Below, piece by piece: positions 8,185 to 19,136 of a stretch of DNA of 64,000 bases. Position numbers and translations under genes: made by a program. The notes under the pieces are model-generated. The model did no database searches. It was given only the letters and a program-made list of their open reading frames with translations, and had not been told where the DNA came from. The stretch spans positions 1 to 64,000 of the forward strand of contig CAWGIE010000036.1 of assembly GCA_963822585.1 (NCBI GenBank). Reading direction: 5' to 3'. The stretch comes from an uncultured bacterium. Its GTDB lineage: Bacteria; Auribacterota; Erginobacteria; Erginobacterales; Erginobacteraceae. Positions within the stretch are counted from its first letter, which is position 1. Every line of letters begins with the position of its first letter.

Positions 8185-11003
8185 AGTGCCATCTGTTCCC
8201 GGCATTCGGCACAGAGGCGCGGATGATCCGGAGAATCTCCCAGAGTGGAGGAGTATTTCCAGCAGCGGGCGCACTTATCCCCCTCGGCCCGGGTCACCGT
8301 GAGGCGCACGCCTTCCAGCCCGGTGAGGTCCGCGGCGGACCGGGATTCCGGTTTTCCGCCCGGCTTGACAGAGGCCTGAGAGGTGATGAAGAGCCGGGGC
8401 AGCTCTTTCTCGTACTTTTTCAGCAAACTTTCCCAGTCCCCCTCCGGGACCTCGATCTCCACTTTCGCTTCCAGCGAGGTCCCGATCTCCCCCCGGGCGC
8501 GGGATTCCTCCAGAAGTTTTAGTACTTCGGCCCGCAGCAACAGCAGACGGTCCCATCGTTCTTTCAGGTCCGGGGAGAGGCGTTCCGGGTGAGGGGCCGG
8601 CCAGGGCGCGAGATGAACGCTCTCGGCCAGGGGGGCCATCGTTTTCAGGTGGTCCCATACCTCCTCGGAGGTGAAAACAAGAATGGGAGCGAGCAGCCGG
8701 GCCAGGCACACGGTCACTTCCCAGAGGGCGGTCTGGGTGCTCCGCCGTTCCCGGCCGCGGGGAGCATAGGTATAGAGCCGGTCTTTTAAAACATCCATGT
8801 AAAATGACGACATCTGGATGACGCAGAAATTATGGACTTCCCGGTACACCCGGTGAAAATCATACTCCCGATACGCCCCGGTCACCCGATCGCGCAACCC
8901 TTCCAGTTCCTGAAGGGCCCAGAGATCGATCTCGTCCATTTCCGGGCCCGGTACCCGGTCCGTCTCCGGGTTGAAGTCATAGAGATTTCCCAGGCAGTAT
9001 TTGAAGGTGTTCCGGATCTTCCGATAGGACTCGGATATCTTCCGGATCAGCTCCGTGGAGACACCGATATCCTTCCGGTAATCAATGGAGGAAAACCAGA
9101 GGCGGAGAATGTCCGCCGGGAACTTCTGGAGCGCCCCTTCCACCGAGATGAAGTTCCCCCGCGACTTGGACATTTTCTCTCCCTTCTGATCGACCACGAA
9201 GCCGTGGGTGAGGACCGATTTGAAGGGGGCCTCCTCCACGCTCGCGGTCGCCAGCAGAAGCGAGAGCTGGAACCAGCCTCGATGCTGATCGGTGCCCTCC
9301 AGGTAGAGATCGGCCGGAAAACCGAGTTCCGGGTTCTCCATCACCACCGCCCGGTGGGAAGAGCCCGACTCGAACCAGACATCGAAAATGTCATTCTCTT
9401 TCTTGAAGGCATCTCCCCCGCAGGCGGGACAGGTGACGGAGGCGGGGAGGAGTTCTTCTTCGGAGAGCTCGAACCAGCAGTCGGATCCCCGTTCCTCGAA
9501 AAGCCCGATGATGTGTCCGATCACCTCCGGATCCAGAAGCACTTCTCCACACCGGCGGCAGTAGAAACCGGGGATGGGAACCCCCCACTTCCTCTGCCGC
9601 GAGATGCACCAGTCGGGCCGCTGTTCGAGCATACCGCGGATCCGGGTCTTCCCCCAGTCCGGGATCCATTCCACCCGATCCACCGCCCGCAGGGCTTCCC
9701 CGCGCAGATCCCGGTTCTCCAGGGAGACGAACCACTGCCGGGTGGCCCGGAAAATCACCGGCCGGTGGCAGCGCCAGCAGTGGGGATAGGAATGCCGGAC
9801 GGCCCGCCGGGCCAGGAGGAGCCCTTTCTTGCTCAGGTCTTCGATGATCCGCTTGTTGGCCTCCAGGACATTCATCCCCCCGAGGTCCCCGGCCTCCGCG
9901 GTAAAAGCTCCCCGGGAGTCCACCGGGCTCAGGATATCCAGTCTATACTTCTGTCCCGAGATGTAGTCTTCCTGACCGTGGCCGGGCGCGGTGTGAACAC
10001 AGCCGGTCCCTTCTTCCAGGTTGACGTAATCGGCCAGGATGACGGGGCATTCCCGGTCGAGGCGGGGATGGCGGTAGAGGAGGCTTTCCAGCGAACGGCC
10101 CGGGACCACGCCCTCGATCGCGTAGGAGGCGATCCCCGTCTCCCGGGCGACCCGTTCAACCGCGTCGGCGGCCATGATCACCCGCCTTTCTTCACCGTCC
10201 CCCGGGTCGCGGTAGGCGACCAGGGCATATTTGAAATCGGGATGAACCGCCGTGGCCAGGTTCCCGGGGAGCGTCCAGGGGGTAGTGGTCCAGACCAGGA
10301 AAGCGATACCGTCGTCATTCTCCTCCCCGAAGAGGGTGGCGGCGGGAGAGACCAGGGGAAAGAGGAGGTAGATCGACGTGTCCTCCCGATCGCGATACTC
10401 AAGTTCGGCCTCGGCCAGCGCGGTCTCGCAGGAGAAGCACCAGTGAATCGGCTTCAACTGCCGGTAGACGTAGCCCTTCTCGACCAGGATCCGGAACACC
10501 TTCAGGACCGCCGCTTCATAGCGGGGATTGATGGTCAGGTAAGGATGCTCCCAGTCTCCCAGGCAACCCAGGCTCTTGAACTGCTTCCGGTTGGCCTCCA
10601 CGTATTTCAAAGCGAATTGTCGGCAGCGGCGCCGGATTTCGATCTCGGATAAGGTACCCGCCCGCTCGGCCAGTTCGGTCATTACCTTGTGCTCGATCGG
10701 GAGGCCGTGGCAGTCCCAGCCGGGGATAAAGGGAGCGTCCATCCCGTTCATGGTCTGGAAACGGACGATGATGTCCTTCAGGATCTTGTTCATCCCGGTC
10801 CCGATATGGAGGTCCCCCGTCGGATAGGGCGGCCCGTCATGGAGGGTGTAGCGGGGACGGCCGCGGCGCGCCTCCCGGATCCGGCTGTACAACCCGATCT
10901 CTTCCCAGTGCCGGAGAAACCGGGGTTCCTTCTCGGAGAGATTCGCCCGCATCCCGAACGGCGTCTGCGGGAGGTTGAGTGTGTTTTTATATTCCTCTGT
11001 CAT
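8178..11003 (-). CDS. ileS: isoleucine--tRNA ligase
   Basis: HDGPPY..HIGT, GWDCHGLPIE, KMSKS and a C-terminal zinc finger. Confidence 0.98.
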   Translation of the reverse strand: MTEEYKNTLNLPQTPFGMRANLSEKEPRFLRHWEEIGLYSRIREARRGRPRYTLHDGPPYPTGDLHIGTGMNKILKDIIVRFQTMNGMDAPFIPGWDCHGLPIEHKVMTELAERAGTLSEIEIRRRCRQFALKYVEANRKQFKSLGCLGDWEHPYLTINPRYEAAVLKVFRILVEKGYVYRQLKPIHWCFSCETALAEAELEYRDREDTSIYLLFPLVSPAATLFGEENDDGIAFLVWTTTPWTLPGNLATAVHPDFKYALVAYRDPGDGEERRVIMAADAVERVARETGIASYAIEGVVPGRSLESLLYRHPRLDRECPVILADYVNLEEGTGCVHTAPGHGQEDYISGQKYRLDILSPVDSRGAFTAEAGDLGGMNVLEANKRIIEDLSKKGLLLARRAVRHSYPHCWRCHRPVIFRATRQWFVSLENRDLRGEALRAVDRVEWIPDWGKTRIRGMLEQRPDWCISRQRKWGVPIPGFYCRRCGEVLLDPEVIGHIIGLFEERGSDCWFELSEEELLPASVTCPACGGDAFKKENDIFDVWFESGSSHRAVVMENPELGFPADLYLEGTDQHRGWFQLSLLLATASVEEAPFKSVLTHGFVVDQKGEKMSKSRGNFISVEGALQKFPADILRLWFSSIDYRKDIGVSTELIRKISESYRKIRNTFKYCLGNLYDFNPETDRVPGPEMDEIDLWALQELEGLRDRVTGAYREYDFHRVYREVHNFCVIQMSSFYMDVLKDRLYTYAPRGRERRSTQTALWEVTVCLARLLAPILVFTSEEVWDHLKTMAPLAESVHLAPWPAPHPERLSPDLKERWDRLLLLRAEVLKLLEESRARGEIGTSLEAKVEIEVPEGDWESLLKKYEKELPRLFITSQASVKPGGKPESRSAADLTGLEGVRLTVTRAEGDKCARCWKYSSTLGDSPDHPRLCAECREQMALC

Positions 11004-11248
11004 GCTATGCCCTCGGCAAGAGCCTACTCAAAAAGCACGTAAGCTCTCAAATCCTAATGTCTAAATCCTAAATCCTAAATAATATCAAATGACCAAAAAT
11101 TAAAAATCCAAAATAATGGGGTTAAAACCGCCTCTATTTGAGACATTTGATCATTCGGATTTTGGATTAATTTAGGATTTTCAATATTAGGATTTAGGAT
11201 TTCCTGCTCGAAGTCCTTTTCGAGCAGAGTATAACAAATAGGCCGTGA

Positions 11249-11277
11249 ATGGTAGCAAGGGGTCCCGGCAGTGTCAA
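11249..11277 (-). promoter_or_regulatory. sigma70-type promoter for the ileS operon
   Basis: TTGACA-17 nt-TACCAT with a TG extension on the minus strand. Confidence 0.5.
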
Positions 11278-11477
11278 TTCGAAATAGGAACCGTGGCCCC
11301 AATCGAGTTTCGCCGAAGGCGCTCACTTGCTGCGTCGGAATTTCCCCGATAGCTATCGGGATGCGCCTCTAGCGCACAATAATTATCAGCCACCAAGACA
11401 CAAAGACACCAAGAAAGGGAAAAAAAGAGTAAAATAAACTAATTTACTTTCTTCTTAGTGTCTTGGTGCCTTCGTCC

Positions 11478-11591
11478 GTTCATTAAAAGGGGCCGAGGTA
11501 GGGGGTAATTCGCGTTCATTCGTGTAATTCGTAGTTCATTAAAAGGGGCCGAGGCGGGGGGTAATTCGCGTACATTCGTGTAATTCGTGGT
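11478..11591. repeat. two tandem ~56-bp units; left arm of the inverted repeat around the radical SAM gene
   Basis: GTTCATTAAAAGGGGCCGAGG..GGGGGTAATTCGCG..CATTCGTGTAATTCGT present twice. Confidence 0.8.
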
Positions 11592-11610
11592 GATACAATA
11601 AAATACTTCC

Positions 11611-12987
11611 ATGAGAGCGCTGCTGATCAATCCCTGGATCTATGATTTTGCCGCTTACGACCTCTGGTTGAAGCCGTTCGGCCTTCTCCGGGTGGCCGCG
11701 GCACTGCGGCGGTGGGGCTGGGAGGTGGACTTCATCGACTGCCTTGACCGTTTCCATCCTTGTCTTTCCGGGCTGACCGGGCGGGGACGGCCGCGGCGGG
11801 ACCGATTCGGCTGCGGCAAATATCCGAAGGTCCCGGTCGAAAAACCGCCGGCCCTCCGGGAGATGGAGCGCCCCTACTTCCGCTACGGACTTCCCCTGGA
11901 GATCTTTCCTCAACTTCTGCAATCCCGGGGAAAACCGGACCTGATTCTGGTCGGGTCGACGATGACATACTGGTATCCCGGGTATTTTTTGGCCATTGAA
12001 ATGGCCAAAAAATATTTTCCTTCCGTCCCGATTATTCTGGGCGGCATCTACCCCCGGTTATGTTCGGAGCATGCGCGGATCTATTCCCCTGCCGACGGTA
12101 TTCATCAGGGAGGCGGTTTGCCGGAACTGGTGGAGATCTTGACGGAACGGGGGTTTTCGCTTTCTCCCCTGACCGGGGAAATGGATCTCATGCCGGCATA
12201 TGACCTCCTATCCGATCAATCCGCCCTGGCGGTCCGGACCGGGATCGGCTGCCCCGATTCCTGTTCATACTGCGCCGCTTCCCTGCTGGAGCCGGAGGCC
12301 AACCGGCGTAAACCGGAGGCGGTGGCGGAGGAGATCGAAGGCTACATCAAAAGGTACGGTACAACCGATATCGCCTTTTACGACAATGCCCTGCTCTGGA
12401 AGGCCCCGGAACATATTGACAAGATACTCCTCCGGTTGATCGAGAGAAACGTCTTCTGCCGGTTTCACACCCCCAACGGTCTCCATGCCCGCTTTCTGAA
12501 CGTGAAGACGGCGGGATTGATGAAGAAGAGCGATTTTGTCCACCCCCGGCTCAGCCTGGAGTCCTCCCGTGAAGAAAGACAGCAAAAATCGGGAGGGAAA
12601 GTCGATAACCGGGATCTGGTCCGGGCCCTGGACTGCCTCCTCCAGGCCGGGTTCCGGCGCCCGGAGATCCTGGTTTACCTGATGTTCGGTCTGCCCGGTC
12701 AGACGCCGGCGGAAGTGGAGAACGATATCCGCTTCGTCCACGGCCTGGGGGTTTCCGTCAGCCTGGCCGCGTACTCGCCCATCCCGGGGACCGCGGAGTA
12801 TAGCCGGCTGATCAAGGACGGATCGATCCCGCCGGACCTCGACCCCCTCCTTCATAACAATACCGTCTTCAGCCTCCGGCAGAGGACGTTCACGCTCAAA
12901 GACATCCGCTTTCTCAGGGATACGGCGTCCGGGCTGAACCGGGGACTGGAAAATCCTGCTTCATCCTGTTATCATCAGAGAACTTAG
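11611..12987 (+). CDS. cobalamin-binding radical SAM protein
   Basis: LLINPWIYDFAAYDLW..P.GLL N-terminus, IILGGIY and CPDSCSYC motif. Confidence 0.9.
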   Translation: MRALLINPWIYDFAAYDLWLKPFGLLRVAAALRRWGWEVDFIDCLDRFHPCLSGLTGRGRPRRDRFGCGKYPKVPVEKPPALREMERPYFRYGLPLEIFPQLLQSRGKPDLILVGSTMTYWYPGYFLAIEMAKKYFPSVPIILGGIYPRLCSEHARIYSPADGIHQGGGLPELVEILTERGFSLSPLTGEMDLMPAYDLLSDQSALAVRTGIGCPDSCSYCAASLLEPEANRRKPEAVAEEIEGYIKRYGTTDIAFYDNALLWKAPEHIDKILLRLIERNVFCRFHTPNGLHARFLNVKTAGLMKKSDFVHPRLSLESSREERQQKSGGKVDNRDLVRALDCLLQAGFRRPEILVYLMFGLPGQTPAEVENDIRFVHGLGVSVSLAAYSPIPGTAEYSRLIKDGSIPPDLDPLLHNNTVFSLRQRTFTLKDIRFLRDTASGLNRGLENPASSCYHQRT

Positions 12988-13075
12988 CCCTCGCTTCGCT
13001 CGGGCAACTTTATAATCCACAGATGGATTCGACTCCGCTCACCACAAGTTTACACAGATGAACACAGATTATGTT

Positions 13076-13150
13076 CCCCCCACCTCACCCCCTTTAATAA
13101 ACCACGAATCACACGAATCTGCACGAATTACCCCCTACCTCGGCCCCCTT
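13076..13150. repeat. right arm, reverse complement of the 11.5-kb unit
   Basis: Reverse complement reads AAGGGGGCCGAGGTAGGGGGTAATTCGTGCAGATTCGTGTGATTCGTGGTTTATTAAAGGGGGTGAGG. Confidence 0.75.
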
Positions 13151-13572
13151 ATAAAACAGACGATCGGATGTGATTGAATAGGATAAATACTATATTTTAT
13201 AATCGGTCTGATGGAACCGTTAAAATAATACATCGATTTTATTTGAGATGCTTTTCCATCTGTTTCGGGATTTTAATAATCGGATTTTTCCGATTATTGA
13301 AATCCCGAAACAGGAACTTAGCCCTCACTTCGTTCGGGTAATGTTCTGAAGTGCCTAAGGTTTTCAGCCAGAGGCTGATCCGCCGGCGGAGAAGTGCCTA
13401 AAGTTAAAAAACTACTCGTCGGCGAAAGCGTGGGGACGCTATATTGTTTAGTATCTTGACAGTGATTGTCCCGATTCATTTATCCAAAAGTATTGTTATC
13501 CCGACGGATGTCGGGATGGATATCGGGAAAAATCCCGCAACAAAAACATAGCTACCGCGGGAAAGGAGCGCC

Positions 13573-13776
13573 ATGAACAAAATGATGCGTTTGCAGTCTA
13601 TTATAGTAGCGGCAACCCTGATCCTGGTTGCGGTTCTTGCGGGTTGCCGGCCGAAAGAAAAAGAACGAACTGAGAGAACATACGGGGCCGTACCAACGCC
13701 GGCTCAGTCCGATCGATTCGCGGAGAAAGGGATCCGGCCGCGGAAAGCGAAGTGGTCCCGGGAATGGGAGGAGTAA
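13573..13776 (+). CDS. small lipoprotein (67 aa)
   Basis: AAGGAG RBS, LAGC lipobox, ends RPRKAKWSREWEE. Confidence 0.7.
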   Translation: MNKMMRLQSIIVAATLILVAVLAGCRPKEKERTERTYGAVPTPAQSDRFAEKGIRPRKAKWSREWEE

Positions 13777-13886
13777 TAAATAATGACGAAACTCGAATGA
13801 CCCCGATTGCATCGGGGTCATTCGGATTTCGGATTTGACTTCACCAAACAGTTACAATAATCGATCCATTCCGGATCTGCATTAAC

Positions 13887-14867
13887 ATGAGTAAGACAAA
13901 TAAAGTTCAATGCGAGCTTTGCCCGCGAGGGTGCATTTTGGCCCCGGGGCAGCGAGGCGACTGCCGGGCACGGGGGAACATCGACGGGGAACTGACGACG
14001 CTGGTCTACGGGAATCCCTGCGCCGTTCATGTAGACCCGATCGAGAAGAAACCCCTCTTTCACGTGCTCCCCGGTTCCGCCAGCTTCTCGATCGCCACCG
14101 CCGGGTGCAATCTGCATTGCCGTTTCTGCCAGAACTGGGAGATATCCCAGCGGCCACCCGAGGAGACCGAAAATTACGATCTGCCGCCGGAGAAAGTGGT
14201 CGCCGCCGCCGGGGATCGCGACTGCCGTTCCATCGCCTATACCTACAACGATCCGATCGTCTTTTATGAGTATATGTATGACACATCGGTTCTGGCGCGC
14301 AAACAGGGGTTGAAAAACGTCATGGTGACCGCCGGTTACATCAACGAAAAACCTCTGCGCGAACTCTGTCCGGTTATTGACGCCTCAAACGTGGATCTCA
14401 AGGGGGATGCCGATTACTACCGGGAGGTTTGCCGGGGGACCCTCCCTCCCATCCTGAAAACGCTGGAAGTAATGCGGGAGATGGGGGTCTGGGTGGAGAT
14501 CACCAACCTGATCGTTCCCACGCTGAACGATCAGCCGGAGAAGTTAAAATGGCTGACCGGCTGGATTTATGATCACCTGGGACCGGACGTGCCGCTCCAC
14601 TTCTCCCGCTTCCACCCTATGTACAAACTTCGCAACCTCCCCCCCACCCCGGTGGAAACACTGAAGACGGCGCGCCAGATCGCCCTCGACGGCGGCCTGC
14701 ATTACGTATACACCGGAAATGTCCCCGGATTGGAAGGCGAGAGTACCTTCTGTCCCGGCTGCGGGAAAAAAATCATCGGCCGGATCGGCTTCCAGATCCT
14801 GGAGAACAACCTGAAAAACGGCACGTGCGGATCGTGCGGGGAGACAATCCCGGGGATCTGGACTTAA
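13887..14867 (+). CDS. amrS: AmmeMemoRadiSam system radical SAM enzyme
   Basis: VQCELCPRGC, DPIEKKPLFHVLPG, GCNLHCRFCQNWEISQ, LHFSRFHP, and C-terminal CxxC pairs. Confidence 0.92.
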   Translation: MSKTNKVQCELCPRGCILAPGQRGDCRARGNIDGELTTLVYGNPCAVHVDPIEKKPLFHVLPGSASFSIATAGCNLHCRFCQNWEISQRPPEETENYDLPPEKVVAAAGDRDCRSIAYTYNDPIVFYEYMYDTSVLARKQGLKNVMVTAGYINEKPLRELCPVIDASNVDLKGDADYYREVCRGTLPPILKTLEVMREMGVWVEITNLIVPTLNDQPEKLKWLTGWIYDHLGPDVPLHFSRFHPMYKLRNLPPTPVETLKTARQIALDGGLHYVYTGNVPGLEGESTFCPGCGKKIIGRIGFQILENNLKNGTCGSCGETIPGIWT

Positions 14868-15015
14868 AAAAACCAGCTTAAAATGGTGTAAAATGTGCAA
14901 CCATGTTTCAAGAAAGGATCAGTGTCGGGAGAACAGCGAGGAAAAATCCATTATTCCATCTGAATGTTTTTCTGCAGTTGTCAAGATCGTGGATACTATT
15001 TCCGACTGAAGATAG

Positions 15016-15183
15016 ATGATAAAGATAGATACGAATATAGACCGGCGCCGGTTTTTGAAGGTGGGGTTTTTCTGGGGATGTGCGGCAGCGGTTTCCCCTC
15101 TATTGAGGAAGCTGACGGCTACGTCATTGCCGGGAACGGTACGGCCCGTCAAAGCCCGCCACTACCGCCACCTGGCGGGGTAA
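15016..15183 (+). CDS. 55-aa Tat-signal peptide (absent from the ORF track)
   Basis: MIKIDTNIDRRRFLKVGFFWGCAAAVSPLLRKLTATSLPGTVRPVKARHYRHLAG*. Confidence 0.7.
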   Translation: MIKIDTNIDRRRFLKVGFFWGCAAAVSPLLRKLTATSLPGTVRPVKARHYRHLAG

Positions 15184-15402
15184 TGCGTAGTTAGTGGACA
15201 ACTTGTTTGCGATCGAACAAAGAATGTCCATCAATCGGCGCGCCATACCGGGGAATGGTTCCCAGCGGATCCCTGATCCTGGTTTGATCGGGACTGCCGG
15301 CGAACAATAACTCCGGAAAATATCCGCACCCCGCTGCCGACCCGGGCCATGGCGGAGATTGGGAGCCGGGCATTACAGGCACCTTGCCGGCTGAATCCCC
15401 GT

Positions 15403-16061
15403 TTAAGAATCGCCTTTCGCGCGGGGGAGGGTGGCCAGAATTCTTCTCACGTCCCGGCTGACAATCAGTCGGATTCCCTTTTTTCGAAACTCCTTTTTCG
15501 TCTCCTCCGTCGTTTCCGGGGAGACCCCCCGGGTGGCGTCTTCGATCACGAAGATCTGGGAAGTGAATTCCAGGGCGTCGAGGGCGCTGTAACGGACGCA
15601 GTAATCGAAGGCCAGGCCGGCCAGGAAGATGGGCCCCACGTCACGCTCCAGAAGATACCCCCGCAGGCCGGAAGGGTTGCGGTGGTGATTATCGTAGAAG
15701 ACCGAGTAGGAGTCCACTGCCGGGTCGAGCCCTTTCCGGATAACCGCCTGGAAATACCCGGTCCGGAGTCCGGGGGCGAAAGCGGCGCCCCTGGTCCCCT
15801 GAACGCAGTGAACCGGCCAGAGAATCTGGTCCATCCCGCCGAGACGGCCCCTGGCATAGGGCGCCGCCCCGGGGTGGCTGGTATGGAAACTGCCGTGTTC
15901 GCTGGGGTGCCAGTCCTGGGAGGCGACCACCACCGGGAAAAGGGAGAGCAGGCGGTTGATGACCGGGATGATCTCTCTGGCTTGCGGGACCGGCAGTTCC
16001 GATTCCTCAATGAAACCGTTTTGGACATCGACCACCAGCAACGCGGACGTTCTCTTTTCAC
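15403..16061 (-). CDS. pncA: nicotinamidase/pyrazinamidase (1-nt frameshift near the start)
   Basis: LVVDVQNGF, QDWHP, WPVHCVQ, DSYS and GLAFDYCV motifs. The GGAGG+GTG start is out of frame by one A in an A-run. Confidence 0.9.
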
Positions 16062-16162
16062 GCGATTACCTCCATATTCCTATCATCATCGTGAATAAGT
16101 AGCAGGCAAGGGATGATAGTAATCGGTAATCGGCAAAAGATAACCAATAACCGGAATCCAGC

Positions 16163-18500
16163 CTACCGTGACACCGGGACGTCGCCCCGTTTTCCGTAAT
16201 AAACTCTCGTCAGCCCCCGGACGGCCCAGAGGCCGGAATCCGCACGGAAGACGGCGATCTCGTCAAGCGCGTTGCCGGAGAAGTCCCCGGTCACCGGGCT
16301 GTCCCGGCCCGGCCGAAATAAGCCCGGCTCGCGCCTCTGATCGCCCATAAACCCGAAGAGGCCCGGAAGATCGCGATCCCGGTCCGGAAGGGACTGCCGG
16401 AGGCGGCAAACGATTGGTAGACGGCAGGCACCGGCCGGTCGCCGCTCCCGCCGAAGTAGGCGCGGGAGACCCCCCGGATCGCCCAGAGACCGCTACCCGG
16501 GCGGAAGACGGCGATCTCGGAATAGTAATCCCCGTCGTAATCGCCGGGTACCGGCTTATCCCCCCCGCCCCGTAATAAAGCCGGGCCATCCCCCGGACCG
16601 CCCACCGCCCGCTGGCGCTCCCGTAAACGGCCGGGTCGGTGGTGCCGTCCCCGTTATAATCGCCCGGAACCGGGATATCGGCGAAGTTCCCGTAGTAGAG
16701 CCGGGTGAAGTCCTTCACCGCCCACAACCCGGAGGCCGGGCGGAAGATCGAGACATCCGCGTAGCCGTCCCCATCGTAATCGCCGCTGACGGGAAGGTCG
16801 CCGGCTCTTCCGTAGTACACCCGCCCCAAACCCCGCGCCGCCCAGAGCCCCGTGTCCGGCCGGAAGACGGCGATATCCGACTTCCCATCGCCGTCATAAT
16901 CCCCCCCGGCAAGGACCAGGTACTCCGGCGTGGGATAAACGGAGGGCGTCGGAATCACGGACGGCGTCGGGATCACGGACGGCGTTGGGATTACGGACGG
17001 CGTCGGCAACGGAGTCGGTGTCTCCGGAATCGTCGGCGCCACCGAGGGCGTCGGGATCACGGACGGCGTCACCGACGGCGTCGGGGTGACGGAGGGGGTC
17101 GGGGTCGCGGTAGTGGCGGTGAGGAAGAGAATCTCGTTCTCGATCAGACCGACCACATAAGGATTCCCTCCCCCGTTATCCCCCTGGAGAACACCGAAGA
17201 CCTCGCCGTTGAGGATGGTGCGCCCGGAGTTGGCGAGAATGATACCGTCTTCACCGGCCCCCGTGACGGCGGTGTAGCCGGCCAGCGCCTGAGACCCTGT
17301 GGCGGCATTGAACTTGGCCCCGTCGCGGTCGCAGAAATCGGAGAAAAGGGTGAAGTCGGGGACGGTGTTGGGAGAGGTGAAGATAGGGTGGGTAGTTTCC
17401 CAGCGATAAAGGTTCTTGGGCAAGGTGTAATCGCTCGCGTAAGCAGCGCCGTAGATCATGTCCAGGCCGGATGCGTTATACCAACCCGAAAATGAGATCA
17501 GGGAACGTCCCCCACCGTCGATATAATCGCCGAGCTGCACAACCACATCCACGCCCAGATTGCCCGAGAACCGTCGACGACCGTGAGCTTCCAGGGCCCC
17601 CCTCGGGCCAGTTTGTCCAGGAAATCCGTGGCGTTCTGGGTAAGCTGATACGTGTAGCCGAGGTTGTTCGAAGCCTGAATCGAGCGGGGAGGAGAGTCGG
17701 CGCAAGTCTCTGGAGTAGAAGAATTTCCGGCTGTTCGAACTAGGAATAGCGGATGGCCAGCCCGTCCCCGACCGCGGCCTGGTCGAAGGAATACTCCAGT
17801 CCCTGAGATTCGCTTCCCGCCTCGATCGCAAGGGTAGCCGAGAGCCCGCTGGCCAGCCCACTCCCGGAGTCGGTCATGGTCTGGTATCGAGAGAGGATGT
17901 CGTTGCTGCCTTCGAAGAGGATGGCCTGGAAGGTGAGCCGGCTGCCCGCGTCGGCGCCGAGAGGGACCTGATACCACTCGACGACGAACTCCCGCTCGGG
18001 GGGATTTCCCGGGAGGACATAATAAACCGTCGCGCCGTCGTAGCCGGGGATATCGAGATCGTCCCAGAAGGGGGCGATGACGTCAGGCAAGCCGCTTCCT
18101 GCCCCGTCCGGGATCTCCGGTTGTCATACTCGGTGTAGCAGGAGCCGAAGTTGAGAAAACCGTTGGTGCAGACATAAATATCGGAATAGACGTTTCCATA
18201 ATACTCGAAGTCGAAGCCGATGGCGGGAACCTGGAAGCAGCCGTCGGCGGCGGCCCCGTCCCACTGGGAGCGCTCGATCTCGGTCCCGGTTCCACCCGCG
18301 GGCCCGGCGACCTCCCGCCAGTAATAGGTCTCGGCGGGTGGCGGCGCGTCGCTGTCCAGCCACTGATACCAGCTTACACCAGGGGCCGCCCTCATCTCCG
18401 GCCACCGGGGAGATAAAAAAACCCGCCGCGAGTACCGCGGCGGACCAGGCAATCAAATCCTTGGAAAAAAATCTTTAGATCTATCGCATTTCTCCTGAGT
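16163..18500 (-). pseudogene. fragmented secreted protein: nidogen-like N-part, TP linker, FG-GAP-like tail
   Basis: Fragments in several frames (IGFDFEYYG, IAPFWDDL, TPTPSV repeats, GDYDGDG repeats, ends PVSR); stop codons right after the ATG. Confidence 0.7.
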
Positions 18501-18784
18501 TAATAAATAAGTGGTGTAAAAATCTTGCTTGTTTTTTATATCAAACCTTCTTAATCCCGTCGAGCTTCTTTCAGACAACGAATGAATTGGGTTACAGGTA
18601 ACCCCGGGAGCGAAGTGCTCGGTACCCCTGGTCCCGCCTCGGCGGCCGGGCTGGGGCGCCGCCCCTCAAATTACTACGGATGCCCGGGGAGATATTTGTT
18701 GCCCAATGATGGCCGCTGACAGGTAATCGGTAATCCGGGGAGAAGTCTAGAAGCCTATAAAGTTTTCCCGGGTCGGTTTCTCTT

Positions 18785-19020
18785 CTACATGGCCGGCGGC
18801 ATTGAGTAGAGTCCGCGGCCGGGGAAGAAACTCTGGGCGCAGGAAAATTCCCCGCTGCAGGTGCAGACTCCCCCCTGCCCGCACTCGTAGTCATCCGCGC
18901 AGGCGAAGAGATCGCAGTCGTAGGCATTGGGGTTACTGAAAGACCCGCAGCCGCCTCTGATCACGGGATCGCATTTCTGGCTGAAGGACCCAACCACTCA
19001 GAGGGCAATCTTTTAGATAT
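18785..19020 (-). pseudogene. decayed copy of the Cys-rich peptide gene
   Basis: Near-identical to 22347-22595, but GAA>TAA and GGA>TGA in the leader and no start codon. Confidence 0.8.
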
Positions 19021-19136
19021 ACTAAGAAAATAGGATAAACACATGGTTATTTATCTATCATTTTAGGTAAATAATAATGGAAACATATTACATTATAAAA
19101 TTCCCGATTTCAAAGCAAATTCAACAAATCTCTCAT

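Noticed and set aside
11075..11326. 83-aa ORF upstream of ileS
   Set aside because: Largely a translation of the heptamer repeat and promoter DNA.
11611..12987. Maturase for the Cys-rich peptide
   Set aside because: B12-binding class without a SPASM or RRE domain, about 9 kb away on the opposite strand; no evidence of linkage.
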